From Acidimicrobiia bacterium (lineage in GTDB: Bacteria; Actinomycetota; Acidimicrobiia; IMCC26256; PALSA-555): 64,000 nucleotides of DNA. Below the pieces are notes generated by a model. It had not been told where the DNA came from. It was given only the letters and a program-made list of their open reading frames with translations, and did no database searches. A program made the translations under genes and the position numbers. Shown here piece after piece: positions 13,000 through 21,722 of the stretch. Position 1 is the first letter of the stretch. Each line of letters opens with the position of its first letter. The DNA lies in assembly GCA_035468285.1 (NCBI GenBank), contig DATISY010000071.1:39697-103696 (forward strand), in the 5' to 3' direction.

Positions 13000-13968
13000 C
13001 TACTGCTTGGCCTTGATCGCCTCGATGAGCTTCGGGACCACTTTGTGGACATCGCCGACCACTCCGAGGTCGGCGACCGAGAAGATGGGGGCCTCACCAT
13101 CCTTGTTGATCGCCAGGATGTTGTCGGAACCCTTCATGCCGACGAGATGCTGCGTCGCGCCCGAGATCCCCAATGCCACGTAGAGCTTCGGTTTCACGAC
13201 CTTGCCGGTCTGGCCGACCTGTTTGGCGTAGGGAACCCAGCCGGCGTCGACGATGGCCCGTGACGCACCCGAGGCACCGTGGAGCAGCTTGGCCAGCTCC
13301 TCGACGAGGGGCTCGTACGCCTCGGCGCTGCCGAGGCCGCGACCACCGGACACGACCACGGTCGCCTCCTCGAGCTTGGGTCCCTCACGCTCCTCGACGT
13401 GTCGCTCGAGGACCTTCGCCGCGCCGGCCCGTCCAGCGTCGGCCGCCGCGACCTGCTCCACCTTCGCCGGGCCACCCCCGCTGGGCTCGGCGGGGAACGA
13501 CTTGGGGCGGATCACGGCGAGATAGGGACCAGGGCCGGTGAACGCGGTGTCGACGAGGGTGTTGCCACCGAACGCGGCAGTGCCCACGATGACCCGGTCC
13601 CCGTCGACGCGGAGCGCGGTGCCATTGGTGACCAGCGGCCGGTCGAGGACCGCCGAGAGGCGGGCCACCGCGTCGCGCCCGTCGTAGGTCTGCGCGAAGA
13701 GGATGAGGTCGGGCTGGTGGGTCGCCGCGAGCTCCTTCAGCGCGGCCGCGCCCATGACGCCGCTGAGCGCGTCGCCGGGATCGACCGCGTACATGGTGGT
13801 GACGCCATGCTCGCCGAGCGGGGCGGCCAGCGTGTCGGCGTCGCCCCCGACGTAGACGGCCTCGACGGTGTCGCCGAGCTCCCGGGCCTTGGTGAGCAGC
13901 TCCAGCGTGCTCGAGTGCGGCTTCGCGCCATCCCTCTCGGCATAGACCCAAACTTTGGAGATTCCCAT
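13000..13968 (-). CDS. etfA: Electron transfer flavoprotein alpha subunit
   Basis: 322 aa with the C-terminal FAD-binding region [10 protein letters not shown]...RAIVDAGW...[25 protein letters not shown], diagnostic for EtfA. Confidence 0.95.
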   Translation of the reverse strand: MGISKVWVYAERDGAKPHSSTLELLTKARELGDTVEAVYVGGDADTLAAPLGEHGVTTMYAVDPGDALSGVMGAAALKELAATHQPDLILFAQTYDGRDAVARLSAVLDRPLVTNGTALRVDGDRVIVGTAAFGGNTLVDTAFTGPGPYLAVIRPKSFPAEPSGGGPAKVEQVAAADAGRAGAAKVLERHVEEREGPKLEEATVVVSGGRGLGSAEAYEPLVEELAKLLHGASGASRAIVDAGWVPYAKQVGQTGKVVKPKLYVALGISGATQHLVGMKGSDNILAINKDGEAPIFSVADLGVVGDVHKVVPKLIEAIKAKQ

Positions 13969-13979
13969 CGTCCTGCCCC

Positions 13980-14762
13980 TCAGATCACTTTGAGATTTTC
14001 GAGGAACGCGACCACTTGCTCGTGTGCGTTGCCTTCGTCTTCGATCTTCTCGCCGGCTTCCCGTGCGGGCGCCGCGGCGATGTTCACGATCTCCTGGCGC
14101 GCCCCGGCCCAGCCGACCTCGTCGGGCGAGAGCCCCAGATCGGCGACGCCGACCTGGTCCACCGGCTTGTTCTTCGCCGCCATGATCCCCTTGAAGGACG
14201 GGTAGCGGGGCTCGACGACGCCGGCGGTCACGCTCACCACCGCGGGCAGCGACCCTTCGACCTCGTCGAAGCCGGCTTCGGTCTGGCGTTGGATCGTGAC
14301 CTTGCCGTCACCGACCTCGACGTGCTTCGCGAAGGTGAGCGAGGGCCAGTCGAGGAGCTGGGCGATCTGGGCCGGGACCGTGCCCGTGTACCCGTCGGTG
14401 GATTCGGTGGCGGCGAGGAGAAGGTCGATGTCACCGACCCGGTCCACCGCCTTGGCCAGGACCTTCGCCGTCGAGAGGGCGTCGCTACCCGCGAGAGCCG
14501 GGTCCGAGATGAGGACGGCCTTCGCCGCGCCCATGGCCAGCGCGGTGCGCAAGCCCGAGACCTCGTCATTGGGGGCCATCGAGATGAGCGTGACTTCGCC
14601 GCTGCCGGCCTTGTCGACGAGCTGGAGGGCCATCTCGACCCCGAAGCTGTCGGATTCGTCGAGGATGAGCTTGCCCTCGCGCTTGAGGGTCTTGGTCTGC
14701 GGATCGAGCTCGCCGGGCACGGCCGGGTCGGGGATCTGCTTGACGCAGACGGCGATGTTCAT
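13980..14762 (-). CDS. etfB: Electron transfer flavoprotein beta subunit
   Basis: MNIAVCVKQIPDP... N-terminus and 260-aa length typical of EtfB. It sits 11 nt upstream of etfA. Confidence 0.95.
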   Translation of the reverse strand: MNIAVCVKQIPDPAVPGELDPQTKTLKREGKLILDESDSFGVEMALQLVDKAGSGEVTLISMAPNDEVSGLRTALAMGAAKAVLISDPALAGSDALSTAKVLAKAVDRVGDIDLLLAATESTDGYTGTVPAQIAQLLDWPSLTFAKHVEVGDGKVTIQRQTEAGFDEVEGSLPAVVSVTAGVVEPRYPSFKGIMAAKNKPVDQVGVADLGLSPDEVGWAGARQEIVNIAAAPAREAGEKIEDEGNAHEQVVAFLENLKVI

Positions 14763-14881
14763 TCGGTGCTCCGCTCAGTGTCGACGCGCCGCGTCAGCGG
14801 CACCCGTCGTGGATGGCGCATTTTGGCCGATGGGACCGGCAACGTCGAAACCGGGCCGGAAAGTGTCTGTACGGTCGGCGT

Positions 14882-16072
14882 GTGCCGGGCACCGCCGACC
14901 TTCTCGTCGTGGGTGCCGGACCGGCCGGTGCGGCGGCCGCGATCACCGCCCGGGGCCACGGTCTCGAGGTCGCGCTGGTCGACAAGGCAGCCTTTCCGCG
15001 CGACAAGACCTGTGGTGACGGACTCACCACCGCGGCCTTGGGCCGACTGGAGCGGCTCGGGGTCTCGGTCCCCGGGCTGGGGGTCGAGCCGGTCCGGTCG
15101 GTGGTGGTGGTCGCGCCCGATCACTGGCAGGTCGAGCTGCCGCTCCCGGCGGGAGGCTGGCATGCGACCGTGGTCGAGCGGTCGGTGCTGGACGCTGCGG
15201 TGCTGGACCGGGCCCGCGCCGTCGGGGTGTCGGTCCACGACGGCGTCGGGGTCGAGGCGGTCGCGGTTGACGGTGACACCGTCCGGGTGCGGACGAGCGA
15301 CGAGACGGAGTGGCAGGTCCCGTTCGTCGTCGCGGCCGACGGTCACTACTCGACGGTTCGGCGCCTGACGGCTCCCGCGGTCGAACCGGACCTGGGGGCC
15401 TGGCACGCGGTGCGCCAGTACTTCGCGCACGTCGGGGACCCGCGGCTGTGGGTGCTGTTCGAGCGAGATCTCCTTCCCGGGTACGCGTGGGTGTTCCCGC
15501 TGCCCGACGGGCGGGCGAACGTCGGCTTCGGGGTGCTGCGCCGGGCCGGGCACGACGGGAAGGCGCTGAAGCGACTCTGGGGTGACCTGCTGGCGCGACC
15601 CGTGCTGCGCGCGGTGCTCGGGGCGCGCGCCGAACCCGAATCCCGGTACCGGGCGTGGCCGATCCCCACGGCGTACTCCGCGGCACGCCTGGTCGACGGA
15701 CGGGTCCTCTACGCCGGCGACGCCGCCGCGGTCGTCGACCCGATGACCGGCGAGGGAATCGCGCAGGCGCTCGACACCGGCGTGTTCGCCGCGGACGCCA
15801 TCGCGGCGGACGTCGACCCGAGCCGGGTCGGGGCCCACTACCGGGACACCGTCGACCGGGCGCTCGGGCGTGATCTCCGGTTCGCGGCGTTCCTGCAGCG
15901 GCTGCTGCAGTCCGGGATCGTCGCCAACGGGGCCATCCGAGCCGCGGGGCTGAGCCCGTGGACGCGCCGCAACTTTGCCCGCTGGATGTTCGAGGACTAC
16001 CCGCGCGCCGCGCTCTTCACCCCCGACCGGTGGCGCCGCGACCTGTTCACTCCCAAGGGCGCGTTCACCTGA
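14882..16072 (+). CDS. Geranylgeranyl-reductase-family FAD-dependent oxidoreductase (MenJ/FixC-like)
   Basis: DLLVVGAGPAGAAAAITARGHGLEVALVDKAAFPRDKTCGDGL combines a Rossmann FAD motif with the PRDK-CGDGL signature of this family. GTG 14882 chosen; ATG 14813 is possible. Confidence 0.85.
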   Translation: MPGTADLLVVGAGPAGAAAAITARGHGLEVALVDKAAFPRDKTCGDGLTTAALGRLERLGVSVPGLGVEPVRSVVVVAPDHWQVELPLPAGGWHATVVERSVLDAAVLDRARAVGVSVHDGVGVEAVAVDGDTVRVRTSDETEWQVPFVVAADGHYSTVRRLTAPAVEPDLGAWHAVRQYFAHVGDPRLWVLFERDLLPGYAWVFPLPDGRANVGFGVLRRAGHDGKALKRLWGDLLARPVLRAVLGARAEPESRYRAWPIPTAYSAARLVDGRVLYAGDAAAVVDPMTGEGIAQALDTGVFAADAIAADVDPSRVGAHYRDTVDRALGRDLRFAAFLQRLLQSGIVANGAIRAAGLSPWTRRNFARWMFEDYPRAALFTPDRWRRDLFTPKGAFT

Positions 16073-16084
16073 TCTTCGAGCCGG

Positions 16085-17137
16085 TCAGAGCGTGGCGACC
16101 TGCGCGGGGCCGTCCGGCTCGACGAGGACCTTCACATGGTGCTCCGCGGCGCCGAGGAGCTCGAACGCGGCCGCAACACCTTCGAAGCCGACCCGTCCTG
16201 TGACCATCGGCGCGACGTCGAGACTCCCGTCATCAAGCGCGTGGAGCGTCGCGGTGAACTCGTCGTCGTCGTACGCGTACACGAACTGGACGTTGAGCTC
16301 CTTGATGATCGCGAAGAGGGGACGGATCCGGTCGGGTTGCATGCACACCCCCGCGACCACGACTCGGGCCTGCGCGGGCGCAGCGACGATGACCTCGTCG
16401 AGCATGCCGGGCACGCCAACCGCCTCGAAGATCACCACCGGGCGGCCCGCGGCGATGGTCTGCCACGCGTCGATCCCGGGCTCGTCGCGGGGGTCGACGA
16501 CGACGTGCGCGCCCAGCCGCTCAGCGAGGCCCCGCCGCTGGGCGGAGTAGTCGCACGCCACGATCGGTTCGACGCCGCGGGCGCGGAGCCACGCGATGAG
16601 CGCGAGGCCGATGGGCCCGCAGCCGACGACGAGCGCGGTGTCGCCGGCGGCGAGACGCGCCTTGTTCACAGCGTGGAGACCGACCGCCATCGGCTCGGTC
16701 AGCGCGGCGAGGCGCACGTCGAGGCCCCGGGGCACGCGGTGGCACAGGTCGGCGGTGAGCAGGAACCGTTCGCAGTACCCGGCGTAGTGGTCATTTGAGA
16801 ACCCGAGCGCGACGAGCTCCGGTGGGCGCACCAGGTATGGCATCGACACAACCAGGTCACCCCGCTGGACGGGGGGGTCGCTGGTGCCGGCGCCGAAGTC
16901 GAGCACCTCGCCGACCCACTCGTGGCCGAGATAGAAGTCGCCGTCGGGGTCGAAGCGGCCCTCGAGGCCCGACGCGGCCGCGACCTCGGGGAGCATCTCG
17001 GGGTGGGCCAGGGTGTGGAGGTCGGAGCCGCAGATGCCGCAGGCCCGGAGCGCGACGAGCGCCTCACCCGGAGCGGGTGTCGGCTCCGGGAACTCCTCGA
17101 CGAGGAGGTGGTGACGGCGGGCGACGACCCCTCGCAC
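16085..17137 (-). CDS. Zinc-dependent alcohol dehydrogenase family (MDR) oxidoreductase
   Basis: Zn-ligand motifs CGICGSDLH and GHEWVGEV, and Rossmann motif VVGCGPIGL. GTG 17137 chosen; the tracked ORF starts at 17200. Confidence 0.85.
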   Translation of the reverse strand: MRGVVARRHHLLVEEFPEPTPAPGEALVALRACGICGSDLHTLAHPEMLPEVAAASGLEGRFDPDGDFYLGHEWVGEVLDFGAGTSDPPVQRGDLVVSMPYLVRPPELVALGFSNDHYAGYCERFLLTADLCHRVPRGLDVRLAALTEPMAVGLHAVNKARLAAGDTALVVGCGPIGLALIAWLRARGVEPIVACDYSAQRRGLAERLGAHVVVDPRDEPGIDAWQTIAAGRPVVIFEAVGVPGMLDEVIVAAPAQARVVVAGVCMQPDRIRPLFAIIKELNVQFVYAYDDDEFTATLHALDDGSLDVAPMVTGRVGFEGVAAAFELLGAAEHHVKVLVEPDGPAQVATL

Positions 17138-17208
17138 GGGCGCAGCGTACGCCGAGCCGGGCGCCGGTCGGCTTGACCGGACGGCGGGACGCCACGACAC
17201 TCGCCGTC

Positions 17209-18453
17209 ATGTCGATCGACTTCACCCTCGCGCCCGACGTCGAGGCCATCCGCCTGCGGATCCGTGAGTTCATGGACGCCGAGGTGCGGCCTGCGGAGGA
17301 GAAGCTGTACGCCAACGCGCCCGGCGGCGAGCCCGACCGGCGCGACGTGGTCGGGATGATCATCGACCTGCGCCAGAAAGCCCAGGAGTGGGGCGTCTGG
17401 CTGCCCCACATGCCCAAGGAATGGGGTGGCCTCGGGCTCGGCATCACCGCGATGGCGTTCGTCTCCGCCGAAGCGGCCCGCACCACCTTCGGCCCGTTCG
17501 TCCTGAACGCCCAAGCCCCCGACGAGGGCAACCAGCACACCCTCTTGCACCACGGGAACGCCGACCAGCAGGAGCGCTACCTGCGACCCTCGGTCGAGGG
17601 TCGGGTCCGGTCCTGCTTCGCGATGACCGAGCCTGAGGTCGCGGGGTCCGACCCGACGGGGATCCGCACCTCAGCGGTGCTCGACGACGCCACCGGCGAC
17701 TGGATCGTGAACGGCCACAAGTGGTTCATCTCCGGAGCGAAAGGGGCCGGGTTCGCGATCCTCATCGCCAAGACCGACCCCGACGCGGACCCGCCCCAGG
17801 CGAGCAACACCGCGTTCCTCGTCGATCTCCCCGCGGAGGGCTGGGAGGTCGTCCGCGACATCGACACGATGGCCGGGCGCGGGAACCACTGCGAGATCCG
17901 CATCACGGACCTGCGGGTCCCCGCTGCGAACATCCTCGGTGGCCGCGGCAACGGGCATCTGCTCGGGCAGGCCCGACTCGGCCCGGCTCGCCTCGCGCAC
18001 TGCATGCGGTGGATCGGACAGATCGAGACCGCGTTGGAGATGCTCGTCGACCGGGCCGAGAAGCGCGAGCTGCACGGCGAGCCGCTGGCCGAGAAGCAGG
18101 CGATCCAGTGGATGATGGCCGACTCGGCGATGGAGCTCTACGGGGCCAAGCTCATGGTCCTCCACGCCGCGTACAAGATCGAGCACGAGCTCCCGTTCCG
18201 CCAAGAGGTGAGCTTCGCGAAGCATCACGTCGCGAACACGCTGTGGCGGGTCGTGGACCGGGCGGTGCAAGTCCACGGCGCGCTCGGCTACTCGACCGAC
18301 ACCCCGCTCGAGCGGATGTTGCGCCACGCCCGCTCGGCGCGGCTCGTCGACGGGGCCGACGAGGTCCATCAGGCCCTCATCGCCCGCAACCTGCGGGGCG
18401 CCTACGCGGAGAGCGGATCGCTCAAAGCCGCCACCGGCGACCTCGAGCTCTGA
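17209..18453 (+). CDS. Acyl-CoA dehydrogenase, ACAD10/ACAD11-like subfamily
   Basis: CFAMTEPEVAGSDPTGI, GHKWFISGA, ARLGPARLAHCMRWIG and LVDGADEVH closely follow the ACAD10/11-type signature (GRLGPGRIHHCMR ... ADGPDEVH) as I remember it. ATG 17209. Confidence 0.9.
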   Translation: MSIDFTLAPDVEAIRLRIREFMDAEVRPAEEKLYANAPGGEPDRRDVVGMIIDLRQKAQEWGVWLPHMPKEWGGLGLGITAMAFVSAEAARTTFGPFVLNAQAPDEGNQHTLLHHGNADQQERYLRPSVEGRVRSCFAMTEPEVAGSDPTGIRTSAVLDDATGDWIVNGHKWFISGAKGAGFAILIAKTDPDADPPQASNTAFLVDLPAEGWEVVRDIDTMAGRGNHCEIRITDLRVPAANILGGRGNGHLLGQARLGPARLAHCMRWIGQIETALEMLVDRAEKRELHGEPLAEKQAIQWMMADSAMELYGAKLMVLHAAYKIEHELPFRQEVSFAKHHVANTLWRVVDRAVQVHGALGYSTDTPLERMLRHARSARLVDGADEVHQALIARNLRGAYAESGSLKAATGDLEL

Positions 18454-18501
18454 GCCGCCGGGCCTGCGGAAGCGGGGACTCGCCCGGCGGATACGCGATC
18501 G

Positions 18502-19245
18502 GTGGGGGCAGGTTCCTACACTCTGCGCATGCCCCAAACGGCCGAGAGGCTCCGCGAGGTCCTGAAGACGCCGCACTGGTCGAGCGGCATCCCGCTCGAC
18601 ACTCCCCACCCGCGGCTGGGCGCGCTCGCCGAGCACGGGTACGTCGTGCTGCGTGACCTCGATCCCCCGATCGACGAGCGCGAGTACCTCGGCCTCGAGT
18701 ACATGGACTGGAAGAGCGGCGGCGACACGAACTTCGCGCCGATCGCCACCGCGGACGGCGAGCTCGACTGCCAGGGCTTCTGGAAGCAAGGTGACGAACG
18801 CCCCGACCGCGGTGGGCGGTGGACGTCGAACGCGGCCCAGTGCCCCACGATCGTCGCCCAGGTCGAAGCGGTCGGCTCGGACTTCGGTCGGGTCCGGGTC
18901 ATCCGCCTCGAGCCTCAGAGCTACGAGGACGCGCTCCGTCACATCCATCGCGACGACAACAACCGGTTCAACCCCGACCAGGAAGGTTGGGTCGTCCGCT
19001 CCTGGGTCGAGCTCACCGACAACCCCGACAGCTTCATGGTCCTCATGGAGCAAGGCCCCGACGGGCTTCCCGACGCCAGCACCGAGGTCCACCTCCCCCT
19101 GCACCGCGGGGCCCGCTTCGTCGTCGACACGCAGCGGCTGTGGCACGTCGTCGCGCACCCAGGACGCGAGACGCGATACGCCCTGATCTCGAGCTTCACC
19201 ACCGGCCCCAACCTCGACGCCTGGATCGCCGCCGAACGCGCCTGA
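18502..19245 (+). CDS. Hypothetical protein, possible cupin / Fe(II)-dioxygenase-like fold
   Basis: ORF 48 bp downstream of the ACAD, with a possible metal triad H-x-D...H (RHIHRDDN ... RLWHVVAH). ATG 18529 is an alternative start. I did not recognise a confident family. Confidence 0.6.
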   Translation: MGAGSYTLRMPQTAERLREVLKTPHWSSGIPLDTPHPRLGALAEHGYVVLRDLDPPIDEREYLGLEYMDWKSGGDTNFAPIATADGELDCQGFWKQGDERPDRGGRWTSNAAQCPTIVAQVEAVGSDFGRVRVIRLEPQSYEDALRHIHRDDNNRFNPDQEGWVVRSWVELTDNPDSFMVLMEQGPDGLPDASTEVHLPLHRGARFVVDTQRLWHVVAHPGRETRYALISSFTTGPNLDAWIAAERA

Positions 19246-19270
19246 TCGGCGGACGGCTTACGATCCCGAG

Positions 19271-20425
19271 GTGCGCTTCGGCACCTTCCTCGCCCCGTTC
19301 CACGACGTCGGGCAGAACCCGACACTGGCCCTCGAGCGCGACCTGGACCTGCTCGTGCACCTCGACCGGCTCGGGTTCGACGAAGCCTGGATCGGTGAGC
19401 ACCACTCCGGCGGGTTCGAGCTGATCGCGTCCCCGGAAGTGTTCATCGCCACCGCGGCGGAACGCACCCGGCACCTGCACCTGGGAAGCGGCGTGAACTC
19501 GCTCCCCTACCACCAGCCCCTCATGCTCGCCGACCGGTTCGTGCTGCTCGACCACCTCACCCGGGGTCGGGCCATCCTCGGCTGCGGGCCCGGTCAGCTC
19601 ACCTCCGACGCGTTGATGATGGGCATCCCGCCCGACACCCAGCGGCCGCGCATGGAAGAGGCCCTCGACGTGATCGTGCGGCTCCTTCGGGGCGAGACCG
19701 TCACCGCGCACACCGACTGGTTCACGCTCGATGACGCCCGCCTGCAGCTCGCGCCCTACTCACCCGACGGCATCGACATGGCCGTCGCCGCGTCGTTCTC
19801 CCCCGCGGGCCCTCGGGCCGCCGGCCGGTACGGGCTCGGTTTGCTGTCGATCGGCGCGACGACCGAGATCGGCTTCGACGTCCTCGCCCAGCACTGGGAT
19901 GTCATGGAGCAACGGGCTGCGGAGTTCGGTCAGCGCGCTGACCGCGCGCGGTGGCGCCTCGTCGGGCCGATGCACCTGGCCGACACGAAGGACCAGGCTC
20001 GCCGCGACGTCGAGTTCGGCATCCTTCCGTTCGCGCGGTACTTCCGGCACGTGCTGCCGGCAAGTCCGGTGGGTGACGCCGACGACGTGCCCGGCATCCT
20101 CGAGTACTGCGACCAGACCGGATTCGCCGTGATCGGCACACCCGACGACGCCATCCGCCAGCTCGAGCGTCTCGAGGAGCAGTCCGGTGGGTTCGGGACC
20201 TTCCTCGTGTTCGGCCACGAGTGGGCCGACCGGGAGGCGACCTTCAAGAGCTACGAGCTCTTCGCCCGGTACGTCATGCCACACTTCCAGGGTCAGCTGG
20301 AGCCGATCCGTCACTCCTACGACTGGGTGGCGGGCAGCGGCGGACGGTTCGTCAACGCGGCGACGAACGCCATCAACAAGGCCATCGAGGATCACGCCGC
20401 CGAGCGAGCAGTCCGCTCGACCTAG
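19271..20425 (+). CDS. LLM-class flavin-dependent oxidoreductase (luciferase-like monooxygenase)
   Basis: MRFGTFLAPFH...LGFDEAWIGEHHSGGFELIASPEVFIA is the typical LLM TIM-barrel N-terminus. 384 aa. Confidence 0.9.
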   Translation: MRFGTFLAPFHDVGQNPTLALERDLDLLVHLDRLGFDEAWIGEHHSGGFELIASPEVFIATAAERTRHLHLGSGVNSLPYHQPLMLADRFVLLDHLTRGRAILGCGPGQLTSDALMMGIPPDTQRPRMEEALDVIVRLLRGETVTAHTDWFTLDDARLQLAPYSPDGIDMAVAASFSPAGPRAAGRYGLGLLSIGATTEIGFDVLAQHWDVMEQRAAEFGQRADRARWRLVGPMHLADTKDQARRDVEFGILPFARYFRHVLPASPVGDADDVPGILEYCDQTGFAVIGTPDDAIRQLERLEEQSGGFGTFLVFGHEWADREATFKSYELFARYVMPHFQGQLEPIRHSYDWVAGSGGRFVNAATNAINKAIEDHAAERAVRST

Positions 20426-20850
20426 ACGGCGTCACCCGCGACGGGGGAACCGTGGTGGTGCACCATGCGCCACTGTCGGCCGTCGTGCACGAACACGTTC
20501 GTCGCCGCGACCCGGGCGCCGGACAGCGCGTCGCTGTCCGCGCCGCCCTCACCGGACGCGCCCTGCAGGATGTTCTCGTCGAGCGTGACGATCGCGACGC
20601 CGTCAAGGACGAGGATCTGTTCCTCGGTGAGGACGAACTGGATGTAGTCGGTGTTGGCGAAGATCGCCTCCCACGAGCCCAGCACCTTCGCCCACCCGTA
20701 CAGCGTCGGCCACCCCGGGTGCGTGACCCGGGCCCGCTCGGTGCGGTCCCAGACGCCAGCCATCGCGTCAAGATCACCCCGCTCGAACGCGGAGTAGAAG
20801 GCGCTGTTCGCGGAGCGGACTTCGTCCTCGACGGTCACGGCGAGCATCAT
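20422..20850 (-). CDS. NTF2-like (SnoaL/DUF4440-type) protein
   Basis: 142 aa. ...ANSAFYSAFERGDLDAMAGVWD... and the C-terminal WRMVHHHGS are typical of NTF2-fold proteins. Confidence 0.8.
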   Translation of the reverse strand: MMLAVTVEDEVRSANSAFYSAFERGDLDAMAGVWDRTERARVTHPGWPTLYGWAKVLGSWEAIFANTDYIQFVLTEEQILVLDGVAIVTLDENILQGASGEGGADSDALSGARVAATNVFVHDGRQWRMVHHHGSPVAGDAV

Positions 20851-20858
20851 GGCGGGCC

Positions 20859-21722
20859 GTGCCCCCCGTGTCGACGATCGTGCGCGTCGGCGCCTATGAC
20901 CTGGCGTGCCACGACTGGGGTGGCGTCGGTGACCCCGTCGTCCTCGCGCACGCCACCGGCTTCCACGGGGTCGTGTGGCGTCCCGTCGCGGAGCGCCTCG
21001 TCACGGCGGGCAGGCGTGTCTGGTCCTTCGACTTCCGAGGCCACGGTGACAGCGACCGCTCCCGGGAGGGGTACGCGTGGGAGCGATTCGCCGACGACGT
21101 CAGCGGCCTCCTCGCGTCCCTCGGGCTCGCGTCGGACCCCCGGCTGCTGACCGTCGGGCACTCGAAGGGCGCGACCGCGCTCCTCCTCGCCGAGGCCGCC
21201 CAGCCCGGCCTCATCGGGCGGGCCTGGTGCTTCGAGCCAGTCGTCATCCCCGGCGACCCGACCGCCCCCGACCCGACGTTCCCGCTCGCGGTGGGTGCCC
21301 GCCGGCGCCGCGCCACCTGGGACACGCCCGACGACGCCTACCGCTCGTGGGCGGCACGGCCACCGTTCGCGGCGCTGCACCCCGACGCGCTCGCCGCCTA
21401 CGTCGAGTTCGGCCTGCGGCGACGCCCCGACGGCCGCTGGGACCTGAAGTGCGCACCCACCGACGAGGCCGCCACGTACGCCCACGGCCCCGCGCACGGC
21501 CTCTGGACCGCGTTGCCCGCGATACGCGCCACGGTCCGGGTGGTGTGCGGCGAACGGACCGACGCCGTCCCCGCCCGCCTCGCGGAGCGGATCGCCGCGC
21601 GCCTGGAACACGGGAGCGCCGAGGTCATGACCGGCGTCGGTCACTTCGGACCCCTCGAGGATCCCGACGCTGCGGTGGCGTCCATCCTCGCCTTCGACGA
21701 GGCCACCACGCCGCCCGGCTAG
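20859..21722 (+). CDS. Alpha/beta hydrolase
   Basis: HATGFHG oxyanion region, GHSKG nucleophile elbow, and a C-terminal GHFGPLE histidine motif. GTG 20859; GTG 20868 is possible. Confidence 0.85.
   Translation: MPPVSTIVRVGAYDLACHDWGGVGDPVVLAHATGFHGVVWRPVAERLVTAGRRVWSFDFRGHGDSDRSREGYAWERFADDVSGLLASLGLASDPRLLTVGHSKGATALLLAEAAQPGLIGRAWCFEPVVIPGDPTAPDPTFPLAVGARRRRATWDTPDDAYRSWAARPPFAALHPDALAAYVEFGLRRRPDGRWDLKCAPTDEAATYAHGPAHGLWTALPAIRATVRVVCGERTDAVPARLAERIAARLEHGSAEVMTGVGHFGPLEDPDAAVASILAFDEATTPPG

Noticed and set aside
17671-19158. 495-aa minus-strand ORF. The same class includes 31616..32893 (-), 46998..48446 (-), 48419..49606 (+), 38273..39451 (-), 43424..44590 (+) and 44350..45624 (+).
   Set aside because: All are antisense to genes with clear motifs (ACAD, LLM, P-type ATPase, thiolase, cyclase). 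They show the Arg/Gly/Asp/Pro-rich composition of non-coding frames in GC-rich DNA.
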